A stretch of 35,724 nucleotides of DNA. Origin: a virus. Lineage: Duplodnaviria; Caudoviricetes. The stretch covers positions 1-35,724 of the IMG/VR virus record IMGVR_UViG_3300047449_000070. One strand, 5' to 3'. Below, piece after piece: positions 25,564 through 34,454 of the stretch. The notes under the pieces are model-generated. The model was not told the DNA's origin and made no database searches. It worked only from the letters and a program-made list of their open reading frames with translations. Position 1 is the stretch's first letter. Every line of letters starts with the position of its first letter. Both the position numbers and the translations under genes were made by a program.

Positions 25564-26285
25564 TGAATCAACTACAAGTATTTGAATTTCAAAACAATGA
25601 AGTCAGAACACTCAATATTGAAGACGAGGCATGGTTTGTCGGCAGTGATGTCGCAAAGACACTCGGATACAGTGAACCACACAAAGCGATCCACAGACAC
25701 GTTGACGAAGATGACGGGATGAAACATCCCATCATTGATAATCTCGGGAGAAAACAGACTGCAACACTCATAAATGAATCCGGGCTGTACAGTCTCATAT
25801 TTGCAAGTAAGCTTTACACCGCCAAATCATTCAAGCGCTGGGTGACATCAGAAGTGCTTCCGACAATTAGACGGACTGGCAGATATGAAGCGCCCAAAAA
25901 TCCAATGGAAATCATGAAGCTCCAATTCGAAGCACTAGAGAACACAAATAAAAAGGTCGAAAAGATTGAGGATAAGGTCGTTTATCTGGAGAACGAAGTG
26001 AGGATTGAAGCCGGAGACTACGGACACATTGGTAAGCGCATCGGACAGAAGGTCCAGGCAGCTATCAGGAACTATAACCTGCTCGACCACAACGATGTCA
26101 GGAAGGAACTGTACAAGGACATCAACAGCAGCATTAATCGCATTACAGGCGTCCGCACACGCTCACAGCTTAGACAAAAACACTTCGACACCGTACTCCA
26201 GTTCATCAACGAGTGGGAGCCATCCAGCGCTACACGATACAAAGTGAGAGAAATAGCAGAAACATTGAAAGAGGAGGAAGCATAA
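25560..26285 (+). CDS. Antirepressor, BRO-N plus ORF6C-like domain
   Basis: WFVGSDVAKTLGY, INESGLYSLI and FKRWVTSEVLPTIR motifs. Confidence 0.88.
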   Translation: MMNQLQVFEFQNNEVRTLNIEDEAWFVGSDVAKTLGYSEPHKAIHRHVDEDDGMKHPIIDNLGRKQTATLINESGLYSLIFASKLYTAKSFKRWVTSEVLPTIRRTGRYEAPKNPMEIMKLQFEALENTNKKVEKIEDKVVYLENEVRIEAGDYGHIGKRIGQKVQAAIRNYNLLDHNDVRKELYKDINSSINRITGVRTRSQLRQKHFDTVLQFINEWEPSSATRYKVREIAETLKEEEA

Positions 26286-26576
26286 ATGATCTACCAAGAA
26301 AAACTAAATGAAGTAGAGGCTGTATTGTTTGATGGCACATTTGAATCTGCAGATGAAATCAAAAAATTTACACGTGGTTCTATAACACTGGATATGCCCA
26401 AGTTTGGCACAAGAACATTAAAAGTCATACCAGAAGATGGACTGCCTAGCAGACAAGGAGAGTTAGTTCTGAATATGAACGAATTCATCTTCTTGGATGC
26501 ATTCGGAGTCTACAGAGTTGTAGATGAACAAACTTTCTTTTCTAAATGGGAGCCAAAGGAGGATTCAGATGCTTAA
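26286..26576 (+). CDS. Hypothetical phage protein
   Basis: GAGGAGG RBS; tightly packed in the early operon. Confidence 0.6.
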   Translation: MIYQEKLNEVEAVLFDGTFESADEIKKFTRGSITLDMPKFGTRTLKVIPEDGLPSRQGELVLNMNEFIFLDAFGVYRVVDEQTFFSKWEPKEDSDA

Positions 26577-26784
26577 AGAAATACAAGCTACTAACGCAGA
26601 CACTGGTACCACAGAGCATTTTGAACTCCATAAGATCAATTACCACAAGAAAAACGGCAAGGTCAAGTCGGTAGAGCTCTTCCAAAATGGAGAACTTCAC
26701 ACATTCCAAAAGACCGGCCAAGCCATCTTCTATACAGATGAAAAGACCATCAGCATACCAGCCTATCAGCTGAATATTCAATAG
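26569..26784 (+). CDS. Hypothetical phage protein
   Basis: ATG at 26569 after AAGGAGG. Confidence 0.6.
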   Translation: MLKEIQATNADTGTTEHFELHKINYHKKNGKVKSVELFQNGELHTFQKTGQAIFYTDEKTISIPAYQLNIQ

Positions 26785-26794
26785 GAGGGATAAC

Positions 26795-26989
26795 ATGGCA
26801 CAACCATTTGATTCAGTAGAGCAAGAACTTATCGACAGAATCGACACTATGGATTTCATGATTGAAAGAGAAGACCGAAAAGTCAGTGACCTGGTAGAAA
26901 AAATAAAAGCCTATCAAAAAGTTAGAGACACGGCCCGTAAAGACCTGCAGAAGCATAGAGAAGAAAACGGCATAAAAAAATCGCACTGA
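26795..26989 (+). CDS. Hypothetical coiled-coil protein
   Basis: AGGAGG RBS; 64 aa. Confidence 0.6.
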   Translation: MAQPFDSVEQELIDRIDTMDFMIEREDRKVSDLVEKIKAYQKVRDTARKDLQKHREENGIKKSH

Positions 26990-27045
26990 AATCAATCAGT
27001 ACGATAACAAACATTCTAAGGCAAGTATAGCACGTATCGGAGGAA

Positions 27046-27753
27046 TTGAACATGGAAAATCATCCAAGCTACTTTGGTTTCATCACTGCAGAAGTCAGGT
27101 ACGATCCTGAACTCACTGGTGATGAAAAGATACTATATGCAGAAATCACTGCATTATCCAATAAGCACGGTTACTGCTACGCATCAAACGACTACTTCGC
27201 GAAACTGTTCAGCGTAACCAACGTAACTGTCTCTAGGCGCTTGAAGAAGCTAAAGGACAAAGGATATATCAGCATCACGTACAAGAGGAACGGTACCGTG
27301 ATCACCAACAGAAAGATATATCCATTAACACAGACGATAACCGCGGTTAACAGTTCTGATAATGGACCGTTATCAGATGAGGCAACGGCCGTTAACAGAA
27401 ATGATAAAGAGAATAATATAACTAATAATAATATAGCTAAGAATAATATAACTAACAATAAAGAGCATGCGCACTTTGAAACCTTCTACAACCTATACAA
27501 CAAGAAGAAGGCAAGACCGAAGGCAGCGAAGGCATTCAATAAAGCCATTGCCAATCATGACTGGGAAACCATCGAAGCAGGCACCATTGCCTATCTTAAA
27601 AGCATCAGATCAGGAGACGAAAGATTCCAGGCATACCCGGCAACCTTCTTAAACGAAGAACGCTTCCTGGATGACCACGAATATGTAAAAGGCAATCTAT
27701 ATGAAACGGACGGCAAGCCAGCTGAAGATGACGACTTCCTGAATGGACTGTAG
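27046..27753 (+). CDS. Replication initiator (N-terminal winged helix)
   Basis: EVRYDPELTGDEKILYAEITALSNKHGYCYASNDYF motif; internal iterons; C-terminal FETFYNLY...YPATFLN. Confidence 0.88.
   Translation: MNMENHPSYFGFITAEVRYDPELTGDEKILYAEITALSNKHGYCYASNDYFAKLFSVTNVTVSRRLKKLKDKGYISITYKRNGTVITNRKIYPLTQTITAVNSSDNGPLSDEATAVNRNDKENNITNNNIAKNNITNNKEHAHFETFYNLYNKKKARPKAAKAFNKAIANHDWETIEAGTIAYLKSIRSGDERFQAYPATFLNEERFLDDHEYVKGNLYETDGKPAEDDDFLNGL
27322..27460 (+). repeat. Probable origin: four iterons plus AT-rich 15-bp repeats
   Basis: CCGTTAACAG-like units at 27322, 27344, 27367 and 27389 (22-23 nt period), then AATAATATA(A/G)CTAA three times. Confidence 0.75.
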
Positions 27754-27761
27754 GTGATCAT

Positions 27762-28106
27762 ATGGAATATGAACAAGCAAAAGAGGTGCTCGGTCGAATC
27801 AAAGACTACTTCCCGGCATTCCTGAATGACGCAACCATCGAGGCAAAGAAGGCATGGCTCAGGCAACTCATGAAAGGCGACTATCATATGACGATGGTCA
27901 AGCTCGATGATTATGCGACCAAAGAAGTCTTCCCGCCGAAACTGGCCCACATCCTGCACATCAGAGAAGTCAGAAACACTAACTGGATGCAGGCAGACAT
28001 CGAACAAGTGAAACGCGAGAAGGCCGACCCGAAACTGGCGAAGGAACGTGAAGAGAAATTGAAGAAGCTCCAGACGCTACTCAGAGGAGGTGCAGACGAT
28101 GAATGA
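27762..28106 (+). CDS. Helicase loader/inhibitor (G39P-like)
   Basis: Between initiator and helicase; IKDYFP...AWLRQL...FPPKLAHI pattern. Confidence 0.7.
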   Translation: MEYEQAKEVLGRIKDYFPAFLNDATIEAKKAWLRQLMKGDYHMTMVKLDDYATKEVFPPKLAHILHIREVRNTNWMQADIEQVKREKADPKLAKEREEKLKKLQTLLRGGADDE

Positions 28107-29382
28107 CATCTCCCAATTTACCGAAGTCGAATACTTCGAGAAAACGGTACTCGCGAAAGCACTCAACTTCCCGGACCTCAGAAAGCAATTGAGATTGCAG
28201 CCTGAATACTTCGAAGATGAAAAACACGGTGTACTGGCTTCCAGACTACTCAGTGACCTGGCATTTGATAAGCAACAGCTCATCAGCGAATCAGTGAAGT
28301 CTCCCGATGTATACGGCAGCTATGAATTCGTGAAGCAGATCGCCTACATGGAAGTACCAACTGATAAAGGTTTCCTATTCGACCAGGAACAAGTGCTCGA
28401 GCATTACAAGCGCCGGGAGTTGAATCAGGCATGGCAGCAATACATGGAAGAGCAGAACCTTGAAAACCGGATGGAGATCCGCAACCGGATTGACCGGCTC
28501 GAAAAAATCGACCTGGTGCAGAGTGATAAGAAGCTCGACACACTGGCGACCATCTTCGACAGTCTGTACGAGGAAGACAAGACAACCATCCTGAAGACGG
28601 GGCTCCCCTCCATCGACCGGCTCATATCCGGCGTATCACCGAAACAGCTGATACTCGTCGGCGCCCGGCCATCTATGGGTAAGACAGCCTTGGCACTCCA
28701 GATGTCACAGAACCTGCAGAGTGAGGACAATGAAATCATATTCTTCTCAGCTGAGACTACTGAAATCAGTGTGACCCAGAGAATTCTATCTTCGATGACC
28801 GGCGTCAACCTTACAAAATTCAAAGAGCCCAGCAAGATGATGACGAACGATGAGATCGATAAGGTCATCGACGGCATTACCCTCTACAACGAATCAAACA
28901 TCAAGATCATTGACGACTCGACAGTCACTCCGAACAAGGTGAGGGCAGCAGCAAACAACATTCCAGACAACAAACGCGGCGTCATCTTCATCGACTACAT
29001 CCAGTTGATGAAGTCAGACACGAAGCATCGGGACCGTCGCGCTGAACTCGAAGAGATTTCGAGGGAGCTCAAGATCATAGCGAAAGACATGGATGTCACC
29101 ATCATCGCACTCTCGCAACTCTCCAGAGCAAATGATGCCAGGCAGGACAAGCGCCCGGTGCTCAGTGACTTGAGAGAGACAGGGCAACTGGAACAGGATG
29201 CCGACATGGTGCTCTTCTGTCACCGGGAGGACTACTACATCCGGGACGATGGAGAAAACTTCGATGCAACTGCAGGAAGTCAGATGGAAATCATCATCGC
29301 CAAGAATAAGGACGGCCCGACCGGCACGGCACTCACAACATTCTTCCGTCATAACCAGACGTTCTATGGAGGTGCTGAATGA
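28099..29382 (+). CDS. dnaB: DnaB-family replicative helicase
   Basis: GARPSMGKT, FIDYIQLM, ALSQLSR, SDLRETGQLEQDAD and IAKNKDGPTG motifs. Confidence 0.95.
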   Translation: MNDISQFTEVEYFEKTVLAKALNFPDLRKQLRLQPEYFEDEKHGVLASRLLSDLAFDKQQLISESVKSPDVYGSYEFVKQIAYMEVPTDKGFLFDQEQVLEHYKRRELNQAWQQYMEEQNLENRMEIRNRIDRLEKIDLVQSDKKLDTLATIFDSLYEEDKTTILKTGLPSIDRLISGVSPKQLILVGARPSMGKTALALQMSQNLQSEDNEIIFFSAETTEISVTQRILSSMTGVNLTKFKEPSKMMTNDEIDKVIDGITLYNESNIKIIDDSTVTPNKVRAAANNIPDNKRGVIFIDYIQLMKSDTKHRDRRAELEEISRELKIIAKDMDVTIIALSQLSRANDARQDKRPVLSDLRETGQLEQDADMVLFCHREDYYIRDDGENFDATAGSQMEIIIAKNKDGPTGTALTTFFRHNQTFYGGAE

Positions 29383-29708
29383 TGAACATCATCGACCAAC
29401 TCGAAGTAATTGAACTGACAATAGATGAAGCCTCACAAGTGCCGACAGGCGAAGCCACAGCACGGCTATTCACGGTCTACAAGCATGTACTGCTGTATTT
29501 GATTGAGAATGACAAACTGTCCATCACAAGTGATTCAGAGGACTTCTGGAACTATATCCAGAAATACACGCCCGGCGCACTCTACCGGGTAGCAATCTAC
29601 CATCGTAAGCAGCACGGACAATCACCGCTGAACTATACGCAATCCATCTTCCACATCAAAGAGAACACGATGGAAGAATATCGAAATAAGGAGGCGGCGC
29701 GATCATGA
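29379..29708 (+). CDS. Hypothetical protein
   Basis: ATGA overlap with the helicase; GGAGGTG RBS. Confidence 0.6.
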   Translation: MMNIIDQLEVIELTIDEASQVPTGEATARLFTVYKHVLLYLIENDKLSITSDSEDFWNYIQKYTPGALYRVAIYHRKQHGQSPLNYTQSIFHIKENTMEEYRNKEAARS

Positions 29709-29941
29709 ACTACAAGGAAGTCTCTCCAGATGAATTCGATGAGCTCTACAAGCATCCAGAAGCGCAGGAGCCCAACACAGTATATGGTGCTCAGTTCGAC
29801 TCATACTTCGAAGTCATGGACCACAGCATCGAACATGCCAACTTCATTTTCAAGAGCAGGCATGATGCCAGGCGCCATGTTACGAATAAATACCCTGGCA
29901 ACGAACTGACTGAACAGATGGACTTATTTCAACTGACATAG
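29705..29941 (+). CDS. Hypothetical protein
   Basis: AAGGAGG RBS; ATGA overlap. Confidence 0.6.
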   Translation: MNYKEVSPDEFDELYKHPEAQEPNTVYGAQFDSYFEVMDHSIEHANFIFKSRHDARRHVTNKYPGNELTEQMDLFQLT

Positions 29942-29951
29942 GAGGTATTCA

Positions 29952-30824
29952 ATGGCACGACCAGGCACACCCATAAAAGATGTATTTGCCGTCATGTTCG
30001 CCACTGACAATAACGTGAAAGAAGCATCCCAAATACTGAAGATAAAGAAATCAACGATATACAACATGAAGAGCCAAAAGAAAGATCAATGGACAGCCAT
30101 GCAGCAACAGCTGGAGAAAGGAGAACTGGATTTGGAACTGTACATGAAGGAGCGTGGCTTTGCCCGCCTGGCAGAAGAAAAGAGAGTCAGAGAGAAAAGC
30201 GTAAAAAGTGGGATGGTCGAGAAGCATGTCGGCGTCTCCCGATCCATCGAAGGGGCAAAGCCGACACACGTACCAAAACTGAAACAGACAGTGACACCTG
30301 CTTCCCAGACGCTCAAACCGAAACCACATAAACCAAAGGAGAAACAGCCGATGCCTACAAAAACGAAAGATCCATATGTAATTGAACTGGAAACACAGAA
30401 CGCCAAGCTCAAACAGAATAACAGGGAAATCGCCGAAGCGCTGGAGAGGTCGAATCAAGAGAAGGAGACCATTGTCGAAGAACATAATGCACTGATTGAT
30501 GACTTCAACAAGGCGAAAGAGCAAATGAAAGAAATGAACGATGAAATCGGCGAACTAGCAAGCTTTAAAAACCAACTTACGAAAGAGTTAGAAGATACTG
30601 AAGCAAAATTGAATGAGAGAGCAGTCTCAGTGAATGGCAACCATCAACCTACAGGGCTCCACCTGGTCCGTCTCGGCAAGGTCTATGTATCGAAGAGTGG
30701 CAACATCATCAAAAGCATGGTCCACGCCGTCTCCGACGATCTTGAAGCACTCTCGAAAGTCGCGGAGGAAACCGGCGGTGAACTAGTCGAGGTCGCGCTA
30801 GTGAATAAGGAGGACATGCAATGA
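29952..30824 (+). CDS. Hypothetical protein with N-terminal HTH-like segment and coiled coil
   Basis: VKEASQILKIKKSTIYNM segment; K/P-rich linker; long heptad region. Confidence 0.65.
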   Translation: MARPGTPIKDVFAVMFATDNNVKEASQILKIKKSTIYNMKSQKKDQWTAMQQQLEKGELDLELYMKERGFARLAEEKRVREKSVKSGMVEKHVGVSRSIEGAKPTHVPKLKQTVTPASQTLKPKPHKPKEKQPMPTKTKDPYVIELETQNAKLKQNNREIAEALERSNQEKETIVEEHNALIDDFNKAKEQMKEMNDEIGELASFKNQLTKELEDTEAKLNERAVSVNGNHQPTGLHLVRLGKVYVSKSGNIIKSMVHAVSDDLEALSKVAEETGGELVEVALVNKEDMQ

Positions 30825-31009
30825 TCATCGAACAAGGACAGCAGTTCTCTTACATCTTGCCAAACGGTGATGAGGGCTTCATCGAAGTCACCAGTACCAT
30901 CGGTAACCAGGTTGCATTCAAGCAGATCCACGGCAAGAGTGGCAACGACAGCATCAACGAGGACTTCTTCAAACAGTTGGTCAATAACGGATATTTCAAA
31001 GAGAGGTGA
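30821..31009 (+). CDS. Hypothetical protein
   Basis: AGGAGG RBS; ATGA overlap. Confidence 0.55.
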   Translation: MIIEQGQQFSYILPNGDEGFIEVTSTIGNQVAFKQIHGKSGNDSINEDFFKQLVNNGYFKER

Positions 31010-31013
31010 TGGG

Positions 31014-31241
31014 ATGTCAAAACTCTACACAGTACAAAACCTTGTATCACTGGATGGCCACGACATGCTGGCAAAGCGCACGAAAGAAGTTAAATATCCC
31101 TACTGGAGCGTGAACATGAATTCATCGGCGCACCACTTCACAGCGGACGAGCTGAATAACCTGGAGCCGAAGTTGAAGCATTTCGTATGCAGTGACTTCT
31201 GCCGGGTGAGGGAGGTGAAGTCGAATGGCGCAAACACATAA
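31014..31241 (+). CDS. Hypothetical protein
   Basis: ATG at 31014 after GAGGTG. Confidence 0.55.
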   Translation: MSKLYTVQNLVSLDGHDMLAKRTKEVKYPYWSVNMNSSAHHFTADELNNLEPKLKHFVCSDFCRVREVKSNGANT

Positions 31242-31401
31242 AATGATGCAACTTTTCGATGTCATAAACACCAAAGATTCTTTGAAAGTTTATGAAGCGA
31301 TCACTAAAGAGGACCATGAGCACCTAGTGCTGAAAGATCAGCACAACAATAAAATAGAAGTGAAATTTTACCCGGATTATTACAAGGAGGACTCTGAATG
31401 A
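31225..31401 (+). CDS. Hypothetical 58-aa protein (not in ORF track)
   Basis: GGAGGTG RBS; MAQTHKMMQLFDV...YYKEDSE. Confidence 0.55.
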   Translation: MAQTHKMMQLFDVINTKDSLKVYEAITKEDHEHLVLKDQHNNKIEVKFYPDYYKEDSE

Positions 31402-31553
31402 CCTTGCTCAGCATACTGATATACCTTGCCGCAGCGTCTGTCATCATCGTCTGCGTCTCCCTTGAAGTGGAGATTATACGAAGGTGGATCATCGAATATA
31501 AAGCAAAACAAACATTCAGAGCACTTATTAAAAATGCGAAGGAGAATGAATAA
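31398..31553 (+). CDS. Small 51-aa membrane protein (not in ORF track)
   Basis: AAGGAGG RBS; ATGA and TAATG overlaps with neighbours; hydrophobic N-terminus. Confidence 0.55.
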   Translation: MTLLSILIYLAAASVIIVCVSLEVEIIRRWIIEYKAKQTFRALIKNAKENE

Positions 31554-32071
31554 TGTTTACATTAACAACCAAAACTTACACATGGTTAATAGATATGCAA
31601 TCCAAGCTGGATAATCAAATAAAACATCAAAAAAATATTGAAGAAGAATACTGGCTAGAGCATATGGAACAAGAACATAACATTGCAATAAGGGTTGAGG
31701 TGGCGGAATTCATAAATGAGTGTCATGACGCTTGGAAGTATTGGAAATCAAAACCTGTAAATAAAGAAAAGATACTCGACGAAGCTATTGATGTAATTCA
31801 TTTCTCCATGCTAATTCTAAACAAAGGTAGCATGAAACCAAATGATGTCAAAGTAGAAGTGGATTTCTTAATGAATAAGCTAATCAAAGGAAAGGACAAC
31901 TTACCTCTCAGTCATTATCTTCACATCATGCTAAAAGCAAGGAACGTAACAGGTCTCCTGTCATTACTACTGTTTGTCCTGGACCATTACGGCTTCACCG
32001 AAGAAGACATCATCGAACAATACAAGCGAAAGAATGCGATTAACTTTGAGCGGCTCCAAGAAGGATACTAA
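31553..32071 (+). CDS. dut: Dimeric (all-alpha) dUTPase
   Basis: VEVAEFINE, WKYWK, ILDEAIDVIHF and YKRKNAINFERLQEGY motifs. Confidence 0.9.
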   Translation: MFTLTTKTYTWLIDMQSKLDNQIKHQKNIEEEYWLEHMEQEHNIAIRVEVAEFINECHDAWKYWKSKPVNKEKILDEAIDVIHFSMLILNKGSMKPNDVKVEVDFLMNKLIKGKDNLPLSHYLHIMLKARNVTGLLSLLLFVLDHYGFTEEDIIEQYKRKNAINFERLQEGY

Positions 32072-32124
32072 AACCATACTCGAAAAAGTAAAAGAACTGC
32101 TTAACAAATAACTGGAGGGATTTC

Positions 32125-32310
32125 ATGAAAGCTCAGTCAATCGAAGAGATAAAGAAGATACTTACATCCAGCAACTACGATAATCATGTGCTCGTCTACA
32201 GCAACGGCAAGCTGACCGTTCAGGAGATGCCGCCATACGGCAAGGTGGAAGTCATCAGCCACGACAACAAGGCCAAACAGATCACGTCCACTCAAAACCA
32301 CAGACTATAA
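32125..32310 (+). CDS. Small hypothetical protein (possibly XtrA/YqaO-like)
   Basis: GGAGG RBS; PPYGKVEVISHDNK pattern; upstream of ArpU. Confidence 0.55.
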   Translation: MKAQSIEEIKKILTSSNYDNHVLVYSNGKLTVQEMPPYGKVEVISHDNKAKQITSTQNHRL

Positions 32311-32395
32311 GCTCTACTGGACCACCAGCGAGCGCACTTCGCTGAGGGTCCTATATCCTCCTTGAGGTGCGCTTCTTTAATTAAAACAAGGAGGA

Positions 32396-32854
32396 ATGCA
32401 GATGTCACTGCTAAAAATTGAGGAACTGGATTTTGTCGCCACACGTAACGCCGCCTATAAATTCATTAATGAGTACCACCAGCTGCTCCACCTTTCCCCA
32501 CTGAGAGAAGAGCCGAGCGTCACACAGTCCTTCAGTTTCATTCCACCGACCACCAACAGGAGCCTGAACAATATCGAACAGGCAGCAAGCAAGAACATCA
32601 AGCGCCAGGAATTGATGGACAGGCGGGATCATGTCCTGAATCAAATGCATGAAGCTGTGGAATGTCTGAAGCCACATGAGAGGCATATCATCGTCTACAA
32701 GTACCTTCGTGAGGAAAAAGTGCCGGACGTGGAGCTATACACTGATCTCGGCATAAGCCGGACGAAATACTATGAACTGAAGAATGATGCAATCGTGAGG
32801 CTGGCCTTCTTCCTTGGCATAGAGAGCTATGAGAAGGAGGCTGAGGGTGAATGA
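32396..32854 (+). CDS. ArpU/RinA-family late transcriptional regulator
   Basis: AVECLKPHERHIIVYKYL...LGISRTKYYELKNDAIVRLA (sigma region-4-like). Confidence 0.85.
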   Translation: MQMSLLKIEELDFVATRNAAYKFINEYHQLLHLSPLREEPSVTQSFSFIPPTTNRSLNNIEQAASKNIKRQELMDRRDHVLNQMHEAVECLKPHERHIIVYKYLREEKVPDVELYTDLGISRTKYYELKNDAIVRLAFFLGIESYEKEAEGE

Positions 32855-33402
32855 ACTTCGTCGAACCCATAAGGAACCCTGACATGATTGAAGCCATCAT
32901 GAAGCACCTGAAGGGCCAGAACGAGCGCAACTACATCATGTTCCTCATCGGCATATACTCAGGGCTGAGAATATCGGACATCCTAGCGCTTCGTGTTGAG
33001 CACATCAAGAAGAATGAGATAAGGATCCGCGAGAAGAAAACGGGCAAGCAGCGTAAGATTGCGCTGCACCGTAATCTCAAGGGCCCACTGCATGACTACA
33101 TCGACGGCAAGGAGCCGTATGAATACCTCATCAAGAGTCGTGAGGGCTTCAACAGACCACTCACACGCAGTATGGCTTACAAGATCATAAAGGACCTGGA
33201 GAACTACTTCCAGATGGACGCTGCAGGCACTCACACGCTCCGGAAGACATTCGGCTACCATTACTACCAAGGCACCAAAGACACGGCCACACTGCAGAAA
33301 ATATTCAATCACTCATCAGAGCAGGAGACATTAAAGTACATCGGAATCACGCAAGACAGCATTGACGAGGCCATGACCTCATTCAAATTCTATCGAGACT
33401 AA
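32851..33402 (+). CDS. Minimal tyrosine recombinase (catalytic domain only)
   Basis: SGLRISD, EKKTGK, GTHTLRKTFGY, FNH and TLKYIG motifs; 183 aa. Confidence 0.9.
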   Translation: MNFVEPIRNPDMIEAIMKHLKGQNERNYIMFLIGIYSGLRISDILALRVEHIKKNEIRIREKKTGKQRKIALHRNLKGPLHDYIDGKEPYEYLIKSREGFNRPLTRSMAYKIIKDLENYFQMDAAGTHTLRKTFGYHYYQGTKDTATLQKIFNHSSEQETLKYIGITQDSIDEAMTSFKFYRD

Positions 33403-33440
33403 CTGGGCACCAACCTTTTAGTCTCACCTTTTATCCTATC

Positions 33441-33556
33441 AGTTACTCATATCTGGGGCATGTGTAACTCATTTTTAAGGAATTAGGGTGAGACATTGAT
33501 ACACAAGGGGTTTGAGGGGTCTCGGCAATTACACAGAACAATAGATATGTTGAACT
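33441..33556. repeat. Paired inverted-repeat sites downstream of the small recombinase
   Basis: AGTTACTCAT-9-ATGTGTAACT (33441-33469) and a related copy in opposite orientation (33527-33556). Confidence 0.6.
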
Positions 33557-33633
33557 GGAGAGGCGAGAAAAGAGCATGAAATGAATTTAGAATTATGCAG
33601 GCAACAAATGTAACCTATTGAAGATTACTACTT

Positions 33634-33673
33634 AATAAAATAAGTGGCTCAATGAAAATTTATTTGAGCCACT
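33634..33673 (-). terminator. Putative terminator for the Zn-ribbon gene
   Basis: AGTGGCTCAA...TTGAGCCACT stem; TATTTTATT tail on the minus strand. Confidence 0.6.
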
Positions 33674-33699
33674 GGTAGCTAAGGAAAATTTATTCGTAG

Positions 33700-33912
33700 T
33701 TACTTTTCCAATATACTTTTAACGTATAGGTCTGTGTGTCCGCAATAAGGACACGAAGTTGCAACGATATCATGGGTAAGACCTTGAGTCGTTCCTTTTT
33801 CAGTCATTAATCTTACTGGATTCTCTTGTAATATTTGCGAGGTATCACATTTAGGACACTTAACAGATACACCCTTTCTTGTTAAGTCATTTAGTAACTT
33901 ATTTAGATTCAT
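33700..33912 (-). CDS. Small zinc-ribbon protein (accessory gene)
   Basis: CPKC...CPYCGHTDLY; GGGGGTG RBS; TGATATAAT upstream; AT-rich. Confidence 0.7.
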   Translation of the reverse strand: MNLNKLLNDLTRKGVSVKCPKCDTSQILQENPVRLMTEKGTTQGLTHDIVATSCPYCGHTDLYVKSILEK

Positions 33913-34045
33913 AATTTCACCCCCAATCTTAAATTAATTATATCAGAAGTAAAAAAATAGTATAAATCATTACTCAATAATAAAAAAAGGTGCTTCTTAA
34001 CGCAGATTATATTGTAGGAGTATTAATCAGAAAGGGGGAGATGCA

Positions 34046-34441
34046 ATGAAAGCATTAGTAAGCAATTTCGGTGATAAAGATTTCTTTATGACTAAAGAAG
34101 CTAATTTCATAAGGTTGGAACCATTTGATATAAAAGAAGAGTTTCTGCATATCGCAGACCAAGTGATCGCTCCAGGTGACCGTATTACCCTCATCGGTAA
34201 CGATGGTAGAAAAGCAAGAACCATCAAGATAGATGAAGGGTCATTTCTAGAATACAAAGGCACATATAGCAGTGAGGAGAAAATACTGTCAGTCTTTGCA
34301 GTGAATGGAGAAACACCAGAAGATCTCTACGAAGCATTCTTCTATTTGGAGCATAAACGCTTATTCATATTAACCAACTACGGACAATCAGGAATGGATA
34401 TTCAAGCAAATGAAATTCATATATTGGAGGAATCGAAATGA
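34046..34441 (+). CDS. Hypothetical protein
   Basis: AAGGGGGAG RBS; 131 aa. Confidence 0.6.
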   Translation: MKALVSNFGDKDFFMTKEANFIRLEPFDIKEEFLHIADQVIAPGDRITLIGNDGRKARTIKIDEGSFLEYKGTYSSEEKILSVFAVNGETPEDLYEAFFYLEHKRLFILTNYGQSGMDIQANEIHILEESK

Positions 34442-34454
34442 AAAAAATCAAGTA

